DNA of 36,196 nt from Coleofasciculus chthonoplastes F2-STO-03 (GCA_040222015.1 JAVJWO010000215.1:1-36196); one strand, 5' to 3'. Shown: positions 19,276-29,931, counted from the stretch's first letter. Notes: generated by a model not told the origin, from the sequence alone. A program made the numbers and translations.

Positions 19276-20979
19276 ATGGTTAATATTCCCAATGCTGGCA
19301 ACTTAGTGCCGTTAATGTTTCAAGCGCAAGTAAAAGGGCGATCGCAACTTCAATACATCGATCAAAATGCTGAGGTACAAGACTCCCAACGATGGGCGTC
19401 TGAGTGGACAAAAGAAGTCTATCCCCACCCGCCTGATTTAGGGAAAACTGTTGCAGCCAGAACCTATAAAATGCAGTGGCGGTTTGTCACCAATGGCGGA
19501 CAATTTGAGGGAATTATTTTCCCGGCGCTGGGTGCGTTTGGGTTGCCCTTTTATCCTGGTAGCAGCATGAAAGGATTGTTTTGTCAAGCTTGTACCTCAG
19601 AACAAAAGCAACGCTACCGCTTGACTAAAAATAGCGATGAACCGAGTTTATTGCGGTTTCATGGCGGTTATCCGGTGAATGATTGGAAACAAAATTTAGT
19701 CGATATTGTTCACCCCCAGCAGAAATGGCAGGTGCAGACTCATAACACGGGTCAAAAACCAAGTAATGAGACAGGATTTGCTTTAATTTCCCTGTCGGAA
19801 CCCGCGATTCAGTTTGGTATTTCTAGCCAGTTACCGGATACCGATTGGGAAGAGGTTTGGGCGATTTGGGAACGGGCGTTAGGGTATGGAATTGGTTGTC
19901 GCACCAGTAGTGGGTATGGATTACCCAAAGCGCGATTAACGGAGTCAGGAGAGGAGGATTATCCGATTCCGATTCAAGGGGAACAACTGTACAAGGCATT
20001 TTTGAAAGGAGAAGGGCAGGCACCTCAATTAATTACTGGGGAAAAGGAATTTCGTCCTAATCTGTTTCGTGGGAGTTTACGGGGACACGCCTTGCGAATT
20101 TTTGGCGGGTTAACGGATAATAAGACAGCGGAGAAGTTAGTCGAAAATTTGTTTGGGGGAGTGAACGATGGCGGAACGCAGGGGTTATTAACCTGTGCGT
20201 TTAAAACATCGGCTTTAAACCTGGGTACATTTACCGATGGGTATGGTGAACCCACCTATAAAGTGGCTGGGGAGTTACGTTGGTTATTAATGTCGCCTCG
20301 CCAATTGGATGAAATCAAGCAGCAAACCTTGAAAAAACTGTTGCAAGCCTTCATGCGGTTTGCTTTGCTATTTGGCGGGTTTGGCAAGTCGTGGCGACGG
20401 GCAGATCATCGACTATTTTATCAGGAGTATTATAAGCGTAGGAAACCCCTGATCGGGTGTCATTGGCAATGGGACGAAAAGTCATTAACTTATGGGGCTA
20501 AGGTTTCCCGTTTAAATCAAGTTGGGCGGTTTATTAATCAGGTAAGGCAAATTGCTTCAGAATGGATGCAGTTGCAGGGAATAGAACCCGATGAAAGGAA
20601 TCATGCCAACTGGCGGGAAGCATGGCATCCGGATTGTGTGGAAGTCTGGGGACGATTGGCGGAGGGTGCTGAAGATTCTGTGGCGCTGAAGTGGTTGCAC
20701 GAACCTTATCAAAAAGAGAATCACCGATTCAGGGAAGCTGAAAAGAGTATTAAGCAAAGTTCGGTGACGGGGCAAATTAGTCAAGTGGGAAGACTATGGC
20801 ATCGGATGTATCCGGTGGTGAAGTTGGTGGATAATCCCAAGAATCCAGGGAAGAAGAAACCTAGGAAAACGCCTAATTATTTGGAACTGTTGACGATTTT
20901 CCCGGATGATTCAGATAAGTGTAATGATTTTCTGGATTTCCTTGATACTGAACCTGAAGGGTTTCGGCGGCTTTGGTGA
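19276..20979 (+). CDS. Cmr6-Cmr1 double-RAMP fusion (type III-B variant)
   Basis: N-half PFYPGSSMKG and GIGCRTSSGYG (Cmr6-like); C-half FRPNLFRGSLR, LFGG and GGFGKSWRR (Cmr1-like). Confidence 0.82.
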   Translation: MVNIPNAGNLVPLMFQAQVKGRSQLQYIDQNAEVQDSQRWASEWTKEVYPHPPDLGKTVAARTYKMQWRFVTNGGQFEGIIFPALGAFGLPFYPGSSMKGLFCQACTSEQKQRYRLTKNSDEPSLLRFHGGYPVNDWKQNLVDIVHPQQKWQVQTHNTGQKPSNETGFALISLSEPAIQFGISSQLPDTDWEEVWAIWERALGYGIGCRTSSGYGLPKARLTESGEEDYPIPIQGEQLYKAFLKGEGQAPQLITGEKEFRPNLFRGSLRGHALRIFGGLTDNKTAEKLVENLFGGVNDGGTQGLLTCAFKTSALNLGTFTDGYGEPTYKVAGELRWLLMSPRQLDEIKQQTLKKLLQAFMRFALLFGGFGKSWRRADHRLFYQEYYKRRKPLIGCHWQWDEKSLTYGAKVSRLNQVGRFINQVRQIASEWMQLQGIEPDERNHANWREAWHPDCVEVWGRLAEGAEDSVALKWLHEPYQKENHRFREAEKSIKQSSVTGQISQVGRLWHRMYPVVKLVDNPKNPGKKKPRKTPNYLELLTIFPDDSDKCNDFLDFLDTEPEGFRRLW

Positions 20980-21023
20980 AGTCCAAAAGCACTCGAATCC
21001 TGTCAAAGTATTATGGGTTCTAG

Positions 21024-21230
21024 GTTTGAGGGGAATTTTCAGATGTTCATCGACGCATCTCGGCAAATCGCTGAAACCCTATATTTTTCGTTGAGATGCG
21101 TCGATGCTTTACTGAGAGAGGGTTTGAGGTATGTGTTGGAGTCAATTTTTGGCAAGATATGTTAGACTTTTTGGAGATGCGTCGATTCGGCTGCTGAAAC
21201 CCTTACTGGGTAAGGGCTGTCAGACGAACT
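21024..21230 (+). promoter_or_regulatory. CRISPR leader 3
   Basis: 207 nt, homologous to leaders 1 and 4. Confidence 0.85.
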
Positions 21231-22064
21231 CCCTACCGATTGGGTCAAATCGGATTAGTTGGAAACTTTGGACTCTCCTCCTGGATAGGAAACAAGAGTT
21301 TAGCCCCTACCGATTGGGTCAAATCGGATTAGTTGGAAACCACAGCCTCGTCGAGGCTGAGCGTAACTGTTCCACCCCTACCGATTGGGTCAAATCGGAT
21401 TAGTTGGAAACGTTGTGGCCACCACAGTTACGACCAAACCCAAAGTTAGACCCTACCGATTGGGTCAAATCGGATTAGTTGGAAACGCTATGCCGTTATC
21501 CTTATAATATAACTCTAGCAAAATCCCTACCGATTGGGTCAAATCGGATTAGTTGGAAACTAAATCCATTGCTGTTCCCTGCTGATATAACACCCTACCG
21601 ATTGGGTCAAATCGGATTAGTTGGAAACAATTTAGGGTGAAAATGTATCCACGCTCCAATATAGACCCTACCGATTGGGTCAAATCGGATTAGTTGGAAA
21701 CGTCTCTGTGTCTTGGTGGTCTATGTTACAACTGCACCGCCCTACCGATTGGGTCAAATCGGATTAGTTGGAAACTTTGTCTAAGCTCCCTGCCTGAAGA
21801 GGTAGCTTATACCCTACCGATTGGGTCAAATCGGATTAGTTGGAAACTTTTGGAAATTAGAAGTTCCAAGATAAGCTTTCTCCCCTACCGATTGGGTCAA
21901 ATCGGATTAGTTGGAAACTTTAGGGGTGTTAAGCTTTAACCTGACCACCACCCCCCCTACCGATTGGGTCAAATCGGATTAGTTGGAAACTGGATCGTAG
22001 CAATAGTGTCATCAATTCCTGTCTGCATCCCTACCGACTGGGTTAAATCGGATTAGTTGGAAAA
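21231..22064 (+). CRISPR. CRISPR array 3: 12 repeats, 11 spacers
   Basis: Repeats 1-11 are GGGTCAAAT; the last is degenerate (CCGACTGGGTTAAAT...GGAAAA). Confidence 0.98.
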
Positions 22065-22070
22065 TATTAG

Positions 22071-22102
22071 CTCCCCAGATAATCAGCAATCCGGGGAGTT
22101 TC
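22071..22102 (+). terminator. Hairpin after array 3 (possible terminator)
   Basis: CTCCCCAGA...TCCGGGGAG followed by only a short T run. Confidence 0.45.
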
Positions 22103-22392
22103 ACGTAAGTAAACTACCGTCAGCGCTTTACTCACCCAAAAATTCCCAAAACTAATACAGTAAACTCTTTACCCCCAGACCATCGGCAATCTAGAGCGCC
22201 AGTCCAGAAATCAAAATCGATACTATAATCTCCCCAAAACCGTAACAAAAACTACACAATCTCCCATTTTGTAGAGACGTTCCGGCGGAACGTCTCTACT
22301 AATAGCTAAATCCCCCTTAAAAAGGGGGACTTTGATCGACTGTACTTTATTACAGCACCAAGCGCTGTAACTGTTGAAAGAGGGATATCTGG

Positions 22393-23013
22393 TTAAGCAG
22401 CAACTAGCTCATTGAGTTGTGATTCACATTCTTTGAAAACATAGTTTACAGCAGCAAAGAGTCGGTCTAGCTGATAGATTGTATAAGGTTGTATAGTTTT
22501 AGTTAGTTTATCATTTTCTAACTTGCCAAATTCCCATTTTTCACCATTGGAGACAATTCCAAATACAGTTATAGGCAGTTCATCATTCAACTTTTGCGCT
22601 GCGACCATTTCGGCAAGGCACTGCGCCCACCCTTCAGCAAACTTATCTTGTTTTGCTTCAACTAATAGAAAATAAGGCTTGTCAAATACGACCTTCCCTA
22701 ATGGGGAGCGTTTCGCCAAAATATACTCAGGAAACCCGGAAAGATTTTCATCATAGATTAAGGACTTGTGTCCCCACAAAACAAAGTTCCTCCGATAGCA
22801 TTTCCACACTTCCTTAAGGATTGGATAAATTAGATTCTCACAAATAGAAAATTCTGATGCGTTGGGGACTCCATCCTGCATAACGGTTTGTAAGTCTTCA
22901 CGGAAGTAATCAGGGATACTAAACTCAATCTCTTCCATGAAATTAGCTTCAGTGTAGGTGATTTGAAATTCTTTGAGAACTGAACTGATATCTTTATAAT
23001 TACTGAAAGCCAT
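22393..23013 (-). CDS. Cyanobacterial hypothetical protein, PD-(D/E)XK-like, paralog of 12239-12844
   Basis: MAFSNYKDI...LSGFPEYIL...LVEAKQ...AQCLAEMVAAQ...SNGEKWEF. Confidence 0.82.
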   Translation of the reverse strand: MAFSNYKDISSVLKEFQITYTEANFMEEIEFSIPDYFREDLQTVMQDGVPNASEFSICENLIYPILKEVWKCYRRNFVLWGHKSLIYDENLSGFPEYILAKRSPLGKVVFDKPYFLLVEAKQDKFAEGWAQCLAEMVAAQKLNDELPITVFGIVSNGEKWEFGKLENDKLTKTIQPYTIYQLDRLFAAVNYVFKECESQLNELVAA

Positions 23014-23381
23014 CTTGACCTCTTCAGATGATTTAGCGGTTGATTGTGTATTGACTGGTGTTAGGTAGCTTGCTTTGTCGGTTGTTCAGGTATTTTATCA
23101 TTGAGATGTTCGATTAATTTTTGACCATTGAATCGGGCGCAAGTCTTTGCGCCCCTACGGTTTCGCGGCTAATGCTTAATTCATCAAATAAGGTGTGCCA
23201 CGCCACTACTGGACTGACACAGCTAAAATTGTGGAATAGATTTGACGTTTAACCCTTCGACTTCGCTTAGGGTTAAACTGGGCGCAGGTCCTTGCGCCCC
23301 TACAATTCTAATCCACCAATTAAGGTGTGCCACGCCACTACAAGCATTACTCAAATCCCGTCAATGTATTATGGTATCTAG

Positions 23382-23588
23382 GTTTGAGGGCAATTTTCAG
23401 ATGTTCATCGACGCATCTCGGCAAATCGCTGAAACCCTATATTTTTCGTTGAGGTGTGTCGATGCCTTACTGGGAGAGGGTTTGAGGTATGTGTTGGAGT
23501 CAATTTTTGGCAGGATATGTTAGACTTTTTGGAGATGCGTCGATTCGGCGGCTGAAACCCTTATGGGGTAAGGGCTGTCAGACGAACT
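23382..23588 (+). promoter_or_regulatory. CRISPR leader 4
   Basis: 207 nt, homologous to leaders 1 and 3. Confidence 0.85.
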
Positions 23589-24013
23589 CCCTACCGATTG
23601 GGTTAAATCGGATTAGTTGGAAACCCTTAGTCCGGATGTCTTCTTCGAAGTCTTCTAAACCCTACCGATTGGGTTAAATCGGATTAGTTGGAAACAGCTA
23701 ACGACTCTTTTGGTTCATCCCAAACAGTAATACCCTACCGATTGGGTTAAATCGGATTAGTTGGAAACTATTATCTAAGGACATCCTTTCCTTCTCGGTA
23801 AACCCTACCGATTGGGTTAAATCGGATTAGTTGGAAACAATTCTCCAACCGGATTATATCCGGGGAAAGAGAACCCTACCGATTGGGTTAAATCGGATTA
23901 GTTGGAAACAATTGTACGATCACCAGTCTCATTATAATGAGAAAGCCCTACCGATTGGGTTAAAATTCCCTATTCCCTATTCCCTATTCCCTGTTCCCTA
24001 TTTCAGTTGGAAG
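23589..24013 (+). CRISPR. CRISPR array 4: 5 full repeats plus 1 STRR-interrupted repeat, 5 spacers
   Basis: GGGTTAAAT variant; sixth repeat split by an ATTCCCT tandem tract. Confidence 0.95.
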
Positions 24014-24072
24014 CCCCCTTTTCTAACAAGCAGATAGCTTAGAAGAAATCCTGATTGTGGCGGGGATAGGCT

Positions 24073-24636
24073 ATGAACTTAGATCTCGACTGGTTGCGGC
24101 TTGGATACAAATGGATTTTTAACCAGAAGTATCGCTTCCATCTAACCGGATTTCGTCCAGAGGTTATCTGTTTTATTCAATCGACTGATCCCGAAAAAAA
24201 ATATCTATTAGTGCAGCCGCTTCAGGATCAGTCTATCTGGATGCCTCCCCAAGAAGGAATCCATCTAGAAGACACTCCCAAAACCGCTTCAATGCGCTGC
24301 TTGAAGACAGAATTGGGACTAACCGAATTGCAAATTCAATTTCGACGTAGTATTTGGTTAGGCAAGCGTTTATTCCCGGAATATCGCCGAGATGAACGTG
24401 ACTTAATCTACTCTATGCGGGGATGGGTAGACAAAAATAGAATGATAGGAAAAGCTTATTTTGCCGCACTTATCATTGCGGATAGTAAAGCGAGAATTCA
24501 GCCGAACTTAGCAGAAATCTATCAGTATCAGTGGATGAATACCCGTGAATTCCTCCAGCAAATTAAAACCAATCCCCCAGACAAGCAGAAAATTCTGCGC
24601 CAAGCTTGGATAAAATTAGTCGTTAGGGTTGGTTGA
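24073..24636 (+). CDS. NUDIX-fold protein with degenerate Nudix box
   Basis: FRPEV...YLLV...WMPPQEGIHLEDTPKTASMRCLKTELGL...YQWM. Confidence 0.7.
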   Translation: MNLDLDWLRLGYKWIFNQKYRFHLTGFRPEVICFIQSTDPEKKYLLVQPLQDQSIWMPPQEGIHLEDTPKTASMRCLKTELGLTELQIQFRRSIWLGKRLFPEYRRDERDLIYSMRGWVDKNRMIGKAYFAALIIADSKARIQPNLAEIYQYQWMNTREFLQQIKTNPPDKQKILRQAWIKLVVRVG

Positions 24637-24815
24637 ATATACAGTCTCTAAGCAAGATCCCCGACTTCTTCAAGAAGTCGGGGATCTGTCTGTTAAGCTC
24701 TTGCCAGAACGCAATACCTTGATTCGACCCCTGAACCATTCCTCCTTCCCTTGGAGCCCTGGAGCCTTCTGCCCTCTGCCCTCTGCCTTTTGCTATATCT
24801 TGTCACCCCTTAATA

Positions 24816-24960
24816 AGTAGGTTGGTGGAAATAAACTTAACTAGATTAAGTTATGTAAACAAGCCTCAAACCCTTACTGTTCCCTGTGACACACCGAGCG
24901 AAGTCGAGGTGTTCCCTGTTCCCTAATCTCCACCGCTAACTTTAATTGTGTCCACCTACT
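24816..24960. mobile_element. TA-flanked MITE, same family as 13822-13947 and 12848-13036
   Basis: TA[AGTAGGTTGGTGGAAATAAAC...AATTGTGTCCACCTACT]TA. Confidence 0.82.
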
Positions 24961-25043
24961 TATCTGACTGAGTACCTATGCCAAAAATTTCTGCCAAAAC
25001 TTGCCAGAAAGAGCGATAGTTGGGATGATTGCTACCAATACGA

Positions 25044-27146
25044 TTAAAACTCAATATCACCATTTTCATCGTATTTCAAGGTATCCGATCGCTGTAATCG
25101 TGGAACCGAATTATTTGTTGTTGTCTCTGGTGTTTGCTGATTTTGAATTGTGATTGAACCTGTATCATTAAAGGACTGAGATTGAAGCGAAGATATTGTT
25201 TGTTTTGTTTCCTCAGCAGATGAACTTGCCTCCAATTCCGGTATATTCAATTCGTCATCTAGATTAATAACATTACCATTAAAAAATTTCTCTAGCGTGG
25301 TTACGGCATCTTTAATTTTTTCCTCATCCCAGTCTCCGGTATCTATAGGTGCTGATACCGCAGATTGGGGTAGGGAAACTGGTATATTTTCCTCGGCACG
25401 ATTAGACGGAGTTCCATTCGGCTGGACTATGTGACGTTCCGGTTGCGGAATCACTGTTCCTCTATCATCTCTATCGTCCTGATCCTCTTCATCTTCTACA
25501 TTTGACGGCAACTTAGACGGTGAAGGCGTAACCACCTCCCGATTCGTCGCCGTTGGTTTAGCCGATGTAGTCCCTAGGACTTTAAACATGACTTTGATAT
25601 CTTTCTGATAGACAGATTCAAAGGCAGCTTGAATATTTGGCAGTTTCTTTTGTGCCAGATCTAACAAAGGTTTAGTACTGATCCCTATCTGCGCCACTGT
25701 TCCATCAAAACTAGATAAATGACAATGCTGACGCAATAATTCTTTGGCACTATAGGGTCGCACATTGTCAATAATCTGTTGCCAAATTTGTTCTGTATTC
25801 GCCGATTGTTCAGAAACGGGAACGGCAGGAACTGTCCCATTATTGGAAGATGGGGGAGGTGAGGGTGATGATGTTACTGGGGGGGGTGATTGAGTCTCTG
25901 GGGTTGAGGAAATGGGTGTCGTGGTTGGGGTTTGATTCGCCGCAGCCGGGGGTGAGGAGGCAGGTTGAGTACGATGTTGAGGTTCTGGCGGCTGAGTCGT
26001 TCTGGGTTGACTAACCTGTTGCGATCGCGCCGGAGTCGCCGCAGGTTCAACCCGCAGGGCGTCAGGTAATAAGCCTAACAGGGTGACTTCTAACCAGAGG
26101 CGCGGTTGGGTTGTGTTTTTAACTTGTACCTCACTGCTTTTTAGATGTTGCTGTCCGCGTAAAATATCAGCCGTATCCATCGATTGAGCCAACTCGCCTA
26201 ACTGTTTCCAGGTTGGTGGTGTGACAGCCACTAAATCTTGACGACTGGGTGCGGTTTTAGCGATGAGTAAATCCCGATAAAATCCAGCTAAATTTTGCAG
26301 CACAACTAACGGTTCTCGCCCCCGATCCATTAAATTGCGGCAACAGTCGAGAACGGCTTGAGCATGATTATCCTTAATCGCTTGGCTCAATGCTAATAAA
26401 TCTCGTTCAGGTACTGCCCCAACTAAATCCCAGATACACTCAACCGTTATTTCTCCGGCTAACAAGCTGAGTTGATCCAGCAGACTTTCGGCATCTCGTA
26501 ATCCCCCTTGCGCCACTTGTGCGACTAAGGTAATCGCATCGGTTGTAATATTAATGGTTTCTTGGGTGGCAATATGTTGAAGATGCTTGACCATTGCCGC
26601 TAAGGGAATGCGGCGAAAATCAAACCGTTGACAGCGAGAAATAATCGTAGGTAAAACTCGTTGGGGATCGGTGGTGGCTAAGACAAAAACAACATGGTTT
26701 GGGGGTTCTTCTAGGGTTTTGAGTAATGCATTGAACGCCGCACTACTGAGCATGTGACACTCATCCACCACATACACCTTGTAGCGACATTGAACTGGAG
26801 CAAACTGGGCGCGTTCGATGATTTCCCGAATATTATCAACACCCGTATTACTCGCCGCGTCAATTTCCGTGATATCCAGGGCGGTTCCTTTCGCGATCGT
26901 GCGGCAAACGTCACAAGTACCGCAAGGCTGAGGCGTTGGTTTATCGGTAGTCAGACAGTTAAGGGATTTGGCTAAAATCCGTGCTGACGAGGTTTTTCCC
27001 GTACCTCTGGGACCACAGAACAAATAAGCCGGGGCAACTTTCTCTTGACGAATAGCATTCGTGAGCGTTTGCGCGATCGCTTCTTGACCAACCAAATCGG
27101 CAAACGTCTGAGGGCGATATTTGTGATGGAGGGGTTCGTAACTCAC
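25044..27146 (-). CDS. dnaX: DNA polymerase III subunit gamma/tau
   Basis: LHHKYRPQTF, GPRGTGKT, EIDAAS, DECHML, SRC; GTG start. Confidence 0.97.
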   Translation of the reverse strand: MSYEPLHHKYRPQTFADLVGQEAIAQTLTNAIRQEKVAPAYLFCGPRGTGKTSSARILAKSLNCLTTDKPTPQPCGTCDVCRTIAKGTALDITEIDAASNTGVDNIREIIERAQFAPVQCRYKVYVVDECHMLSSAAFNALLKTLEEPPNHVVFVLATTDPQRVLPTIISRCQRFDFRRIPLAAMVKHLQHIATQETINITTDAITLVAQVAQGGLRDAESLLDQLSLLAGEITVECIWDLVGAVPERDLLALSQAIKDNHAQAVLDCCRNLMDRGREPLVVLQNLAGFYRDLLIAKTAPSRQDLVAVTPPTWKQLGELAQSMDTADILRGQQHLKSSEVQVKNTTQPRLWLEVTLLGLLPDALRVEPAATPARSQQVSQPRTTQPPEPQHRTQPASSPPAAANQTPTTTPISSTPETQSPPPVTSSPSPPPSSNNGTVPAVPVSEQSANTEQIWQQIIDNVRPYSAKELLRQHCHLSSFDGTVAQIGISTKPLLDLAQKKLPNIQAAFESVYQKDIKVMFKVLGTTSAKPTATNREVVTPSPSKLPSNVEDEEDQDDRDDRGTVIPQPERHIVQPNGTPSNRAEENIPVSLPQSAVSAPIDTGDWDEEKIKDAVTTLEKFFNGNVINLDDELNIPELEASSSAEETKQTISSLQSQSFNDTGSITIQNQQTPETTTNNSVPRLQRSDTLKYDENGDIEF

Positions 27147-27484
27147 GAGGCTTCAGGATTTAAGGGAGACAAGGGGGAGATGAGGGAGATGGGGAAGATG
27201 AACAATTGTACTATCTATCATAGTCACTTGAGATCGTAACTCAAAACCATATCCTTGAGTGAAGCGAAGGATCAGTCGGGGCGGGTTTAGTTCAGGTGGT
27301 TTGATCCGGAACGTTATGGATAAAACCCGCCCCTACACAGTCATAAGGACTTGATCACTTTCTCTCCCCCAGCTAAGAGACGTAGCATGAGGAGTCTCTA
27401 CATTGCTCCCCTTAACCACCTGTTGTGTCGATGGGGTAGGAACTCTGCTACAACCAGTTAGGAGTTTACTTATAAACCAAAACA

Positions 27485-28393
27485 ATGCCTGTAACTCGTC
27501 AAATCAAAAGTGTTTATACCGATGGCGCCTGTAGTGGCAATCCAGGACCCGGTGGCTGGGGTACGGTTGTGTATTTTACCGATGGTTCTGTGCATGAAAT
27601 AGGGGGGGCTACGGCAAAAACCACCAATAACCGTATGGAACTCTTAGCCGCGATTGAAGCCCTGATCCTGGTTCAGGGATCTGGACAAACTCAGCCGATT
27701 ACCCTCTATACCGATAGTGAATACGTCAGGAACGGCATTACCAAATGGATTAAGGGCTGGAAAAAGAAAGGCTGGAAAACCTCTCAGGGAAAAGCCGTTT
27801 TAAATCAAGATTTATGGGAAAAACTCGATGCGGTCAATTCTCCCCTAGTCACTTGGCAGCATGTACGGGGACACAGTGGCAACCAAGGCAACGAGCGTTG
27901 TGATCAAATTGCCAATGCCTTTGCCAACGGTAAATCTCCTACATTAACACAAGTCCTAGAAGAAGTGAATCATTCCACCTCTCCCACTTTACCCCAGAAG
28001 ACACCCGTAACAGGGGTATCAGATGAAAAGACCACTTTTGATGTAGTTTACAAAGATGTACCATCGAGCCTTCCTACATCAGAAACACCCATGATAGAAA
28101 TACCGGATTCACCAAACAATTCCAATGACGAGTTACCCCGCGAAATTAGAGTTGCCCAACTGGGAAACTTAATCGAGACCCTACGCATTGCTGATGAAAT
28201 CGCCAGTGAGGGCTATCTGATTAGTAGTTCTGAACTAGCTGATTTAATGGATATCAATGCCAGTGCCGTTACCAGTCGGGGTGATCATTGGCCCTGGCGC
28301 AACTGGATTGTCTCGCGAGTGCGGCGTGAAGGCAACCAGATTCTCTGGCAATTAGAACGAGTAGACCAAGTTAAGTCTGGTGATGAAGAGTGA
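27485..28393 (+). CDS. rnhA: Ribonuclease HI with C-terminal extension
   Basis: YTDGACSGNPGPGGWG, TTNNRMEL, TDSEY, VRGHSGNQGNERCD. Confidence 0.95.
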   Translation: MPVTRQIKSVYTDGACSGNPGPGGWGTVVYFTDGSVHEIGGATAKTTNNRMELLAAIEALILVQGSGQTQPITLYTDSEYVRNGITKWIKGWKKKGWKTSQGKAVLNQDLWEKLDAVNSPLVTWQHVRGHSGNQGNERCDQIANAFANGKSPTLTQVLEEVNHSTSPTLPQKTPVTGVSDEKTTFDVVYKDVPSSLPTSETPMIEIPDSPNNSNDELPREIRVAQLGNLIETLRIADEIASEGYLISSSELADLMDINASAVTSRGDHWPWRNWIVSRVRREGNQILWQLERVDQVKSGDEE

Positions 28394-28594
28394 TTAGGGA
28401 TTGGGGAAGTGTTGAGTGTGTAGGGGCGGGTTTGGGGACTTTCGTGTCAACTTAAGCTCAACCCCTCACCCCCAGCCCCTCTCCCACGCCGGGGAGAGAG
28501 GCTGGGGGTGAGGGCAGTTCCCCCTTTTGAATTGATTACCCATCTGCCTTGTCTTCTCTGCCCCTCTGCCCTTCTGCACCCCCATTTCCCATCT

Positions 28595-29767
28595 CTAACT
28601 GCAATAAATCCGCCCCCGCCACTGTTTTGGTCTTTGCCTAGCTGACAAGAAAATCCGCAGCACAGCTAAGGGATCAGCCAGAGGTGAAAGCCAAAATAGC
28701 CAAGAGGCGGGGGATGAGGATGGAGTGAAATCATAAGAACGGGCGATCGCACCCACTAATGCCCAGCGCATCACCAATAACCCTAGATTTAACCCTAGGA
28801 CAGGAAGGTGGACGGGTGAAGAGATGCCCAGGCTCAAACTTACCAAAACTGCGATAGAAACAGGTAGAGGCAATGCCTGAGTACTTAGCAGCAGCCAGAC
28901 ATCACTCCAGAGTTGACCGAAACTGGACGCATCTTTTAAATCGAGCGATCGCCCCCATTCTTGCCAAGTCGCCCAAGCCCCTTCATACATCCGGACTTTC
29001 AGTACATTTGCACCATCCAAAAACCCCACCTTAAATCCCTGGCTAGCGGCATACCGGGCTAGAGTCACATCATCACAAAAAGAATTCTTGGCACTGCTAT
29101 ACCCATCCAGTTGGCTGAGAACCTGTCGGCGACACAAAAAACACTGCCCATTTGCCATCACCCGTTCGGCGGGATTACTGGTGATCCCAGTCGGACCAAA
29201 TCGATAGACTAACGTCATCAACAGCGCAGGTTGTAGCCACCATTCTCCGGGATAGTGGAGAATAAATCGCGGTGACAGAGACACCAGGTCAAACCCTAAA
29301 GTTTCAGCAATATCAATTAACCCCGCCACCAATCCAGGTTGCGGTTGCGTATCCGCATCAACGCCCAAAATCCACTGACTATCGGGGCAACTGTTCAAAT
29401 AGCCCTGATGCAACGCCCAAGGGCGTCCCACCCAATCCGGTGGCAATGGGTCATCGGTCATCAGCCGAAATCGCGGATCTTTGATTTGGGCATCTTTGAC
29501 TAACTCCCGTGTACCATCGGTAGAGTGACTATCCACCACAATAATTTCGCGTACTTCGTAACTCTGCTGACTTAATCCCATCAGACAAGGATTAAGGCGT
29601 TCTCGTTCATTGAGAGTCGGAACCACAACACTAACCGCCCCCACCTGATCGGGGGTAGGGGACTTGGCTTCTAAGGGAGGACGACGTCCTGGACCTTTCA
29701 GCAGGCGCGAAAGCAGGATTAAAGTAGCAGGGATTTGGATCAGTAATAGGATTAGGGCAACTACCAT
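28595..29767 (-). CDS. cruG: Carotenoid (myxol) glycosyltransferase CruG, GT2 family
   Basis: VVVPTLNE, DSHSTDGT, DAD, MANGQC, FCDDV, WRGR; adjacent to cruF. Confidence 0.85.
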   Translation of the reverse strand: MVVALILLLIQIPATLILLSRLLKGPGRRPPLEAKSPTPDQVGAVSVVVPTLNERERLNPCLMGLSQQSYEVREIIVVDSHSTDGTRELVKDAQIKDPRFRLMTDDPLPPDWVGRPWALHQGYLNSCPDSQWILGVDADTQPQPGLVAGLIDIAETLGFDLVSLSPRFILHYPGEWWLQPALLMTLVYRFGPTGITSNPAERVMANGQCFLCRRQVLSQLDGYSSAKNSFCDDVTLARYAASQGFKVGFLDGANVLKVRMYEGAWATWQEWGRSLDLKDASSFGQLWSDVWLLLSTQALPLPVSIAVLVSLSLGISSPVHLPVLGLNLGLLVMRWALVGAIARSYDFTPSSSPASWLFWLSPLADPLAVLRIFLSARQRPKQWRGRIYCS

Positions 29768-29931
29768 TCTACGCAGGAGAGCAGGGGGAGTGATCAGTTA
29801 TCAGTTATCAGTTATCGGGAGCAGGGGAAATTGTGTAGGGGCGGGTTTCACTACTATCGTTTGAAATGGTGCGTTACGCTGCGCTAACGCACCCTACACC
29901 CGCCCCGACTTTACTTAGCTTGCTTCTCGAC

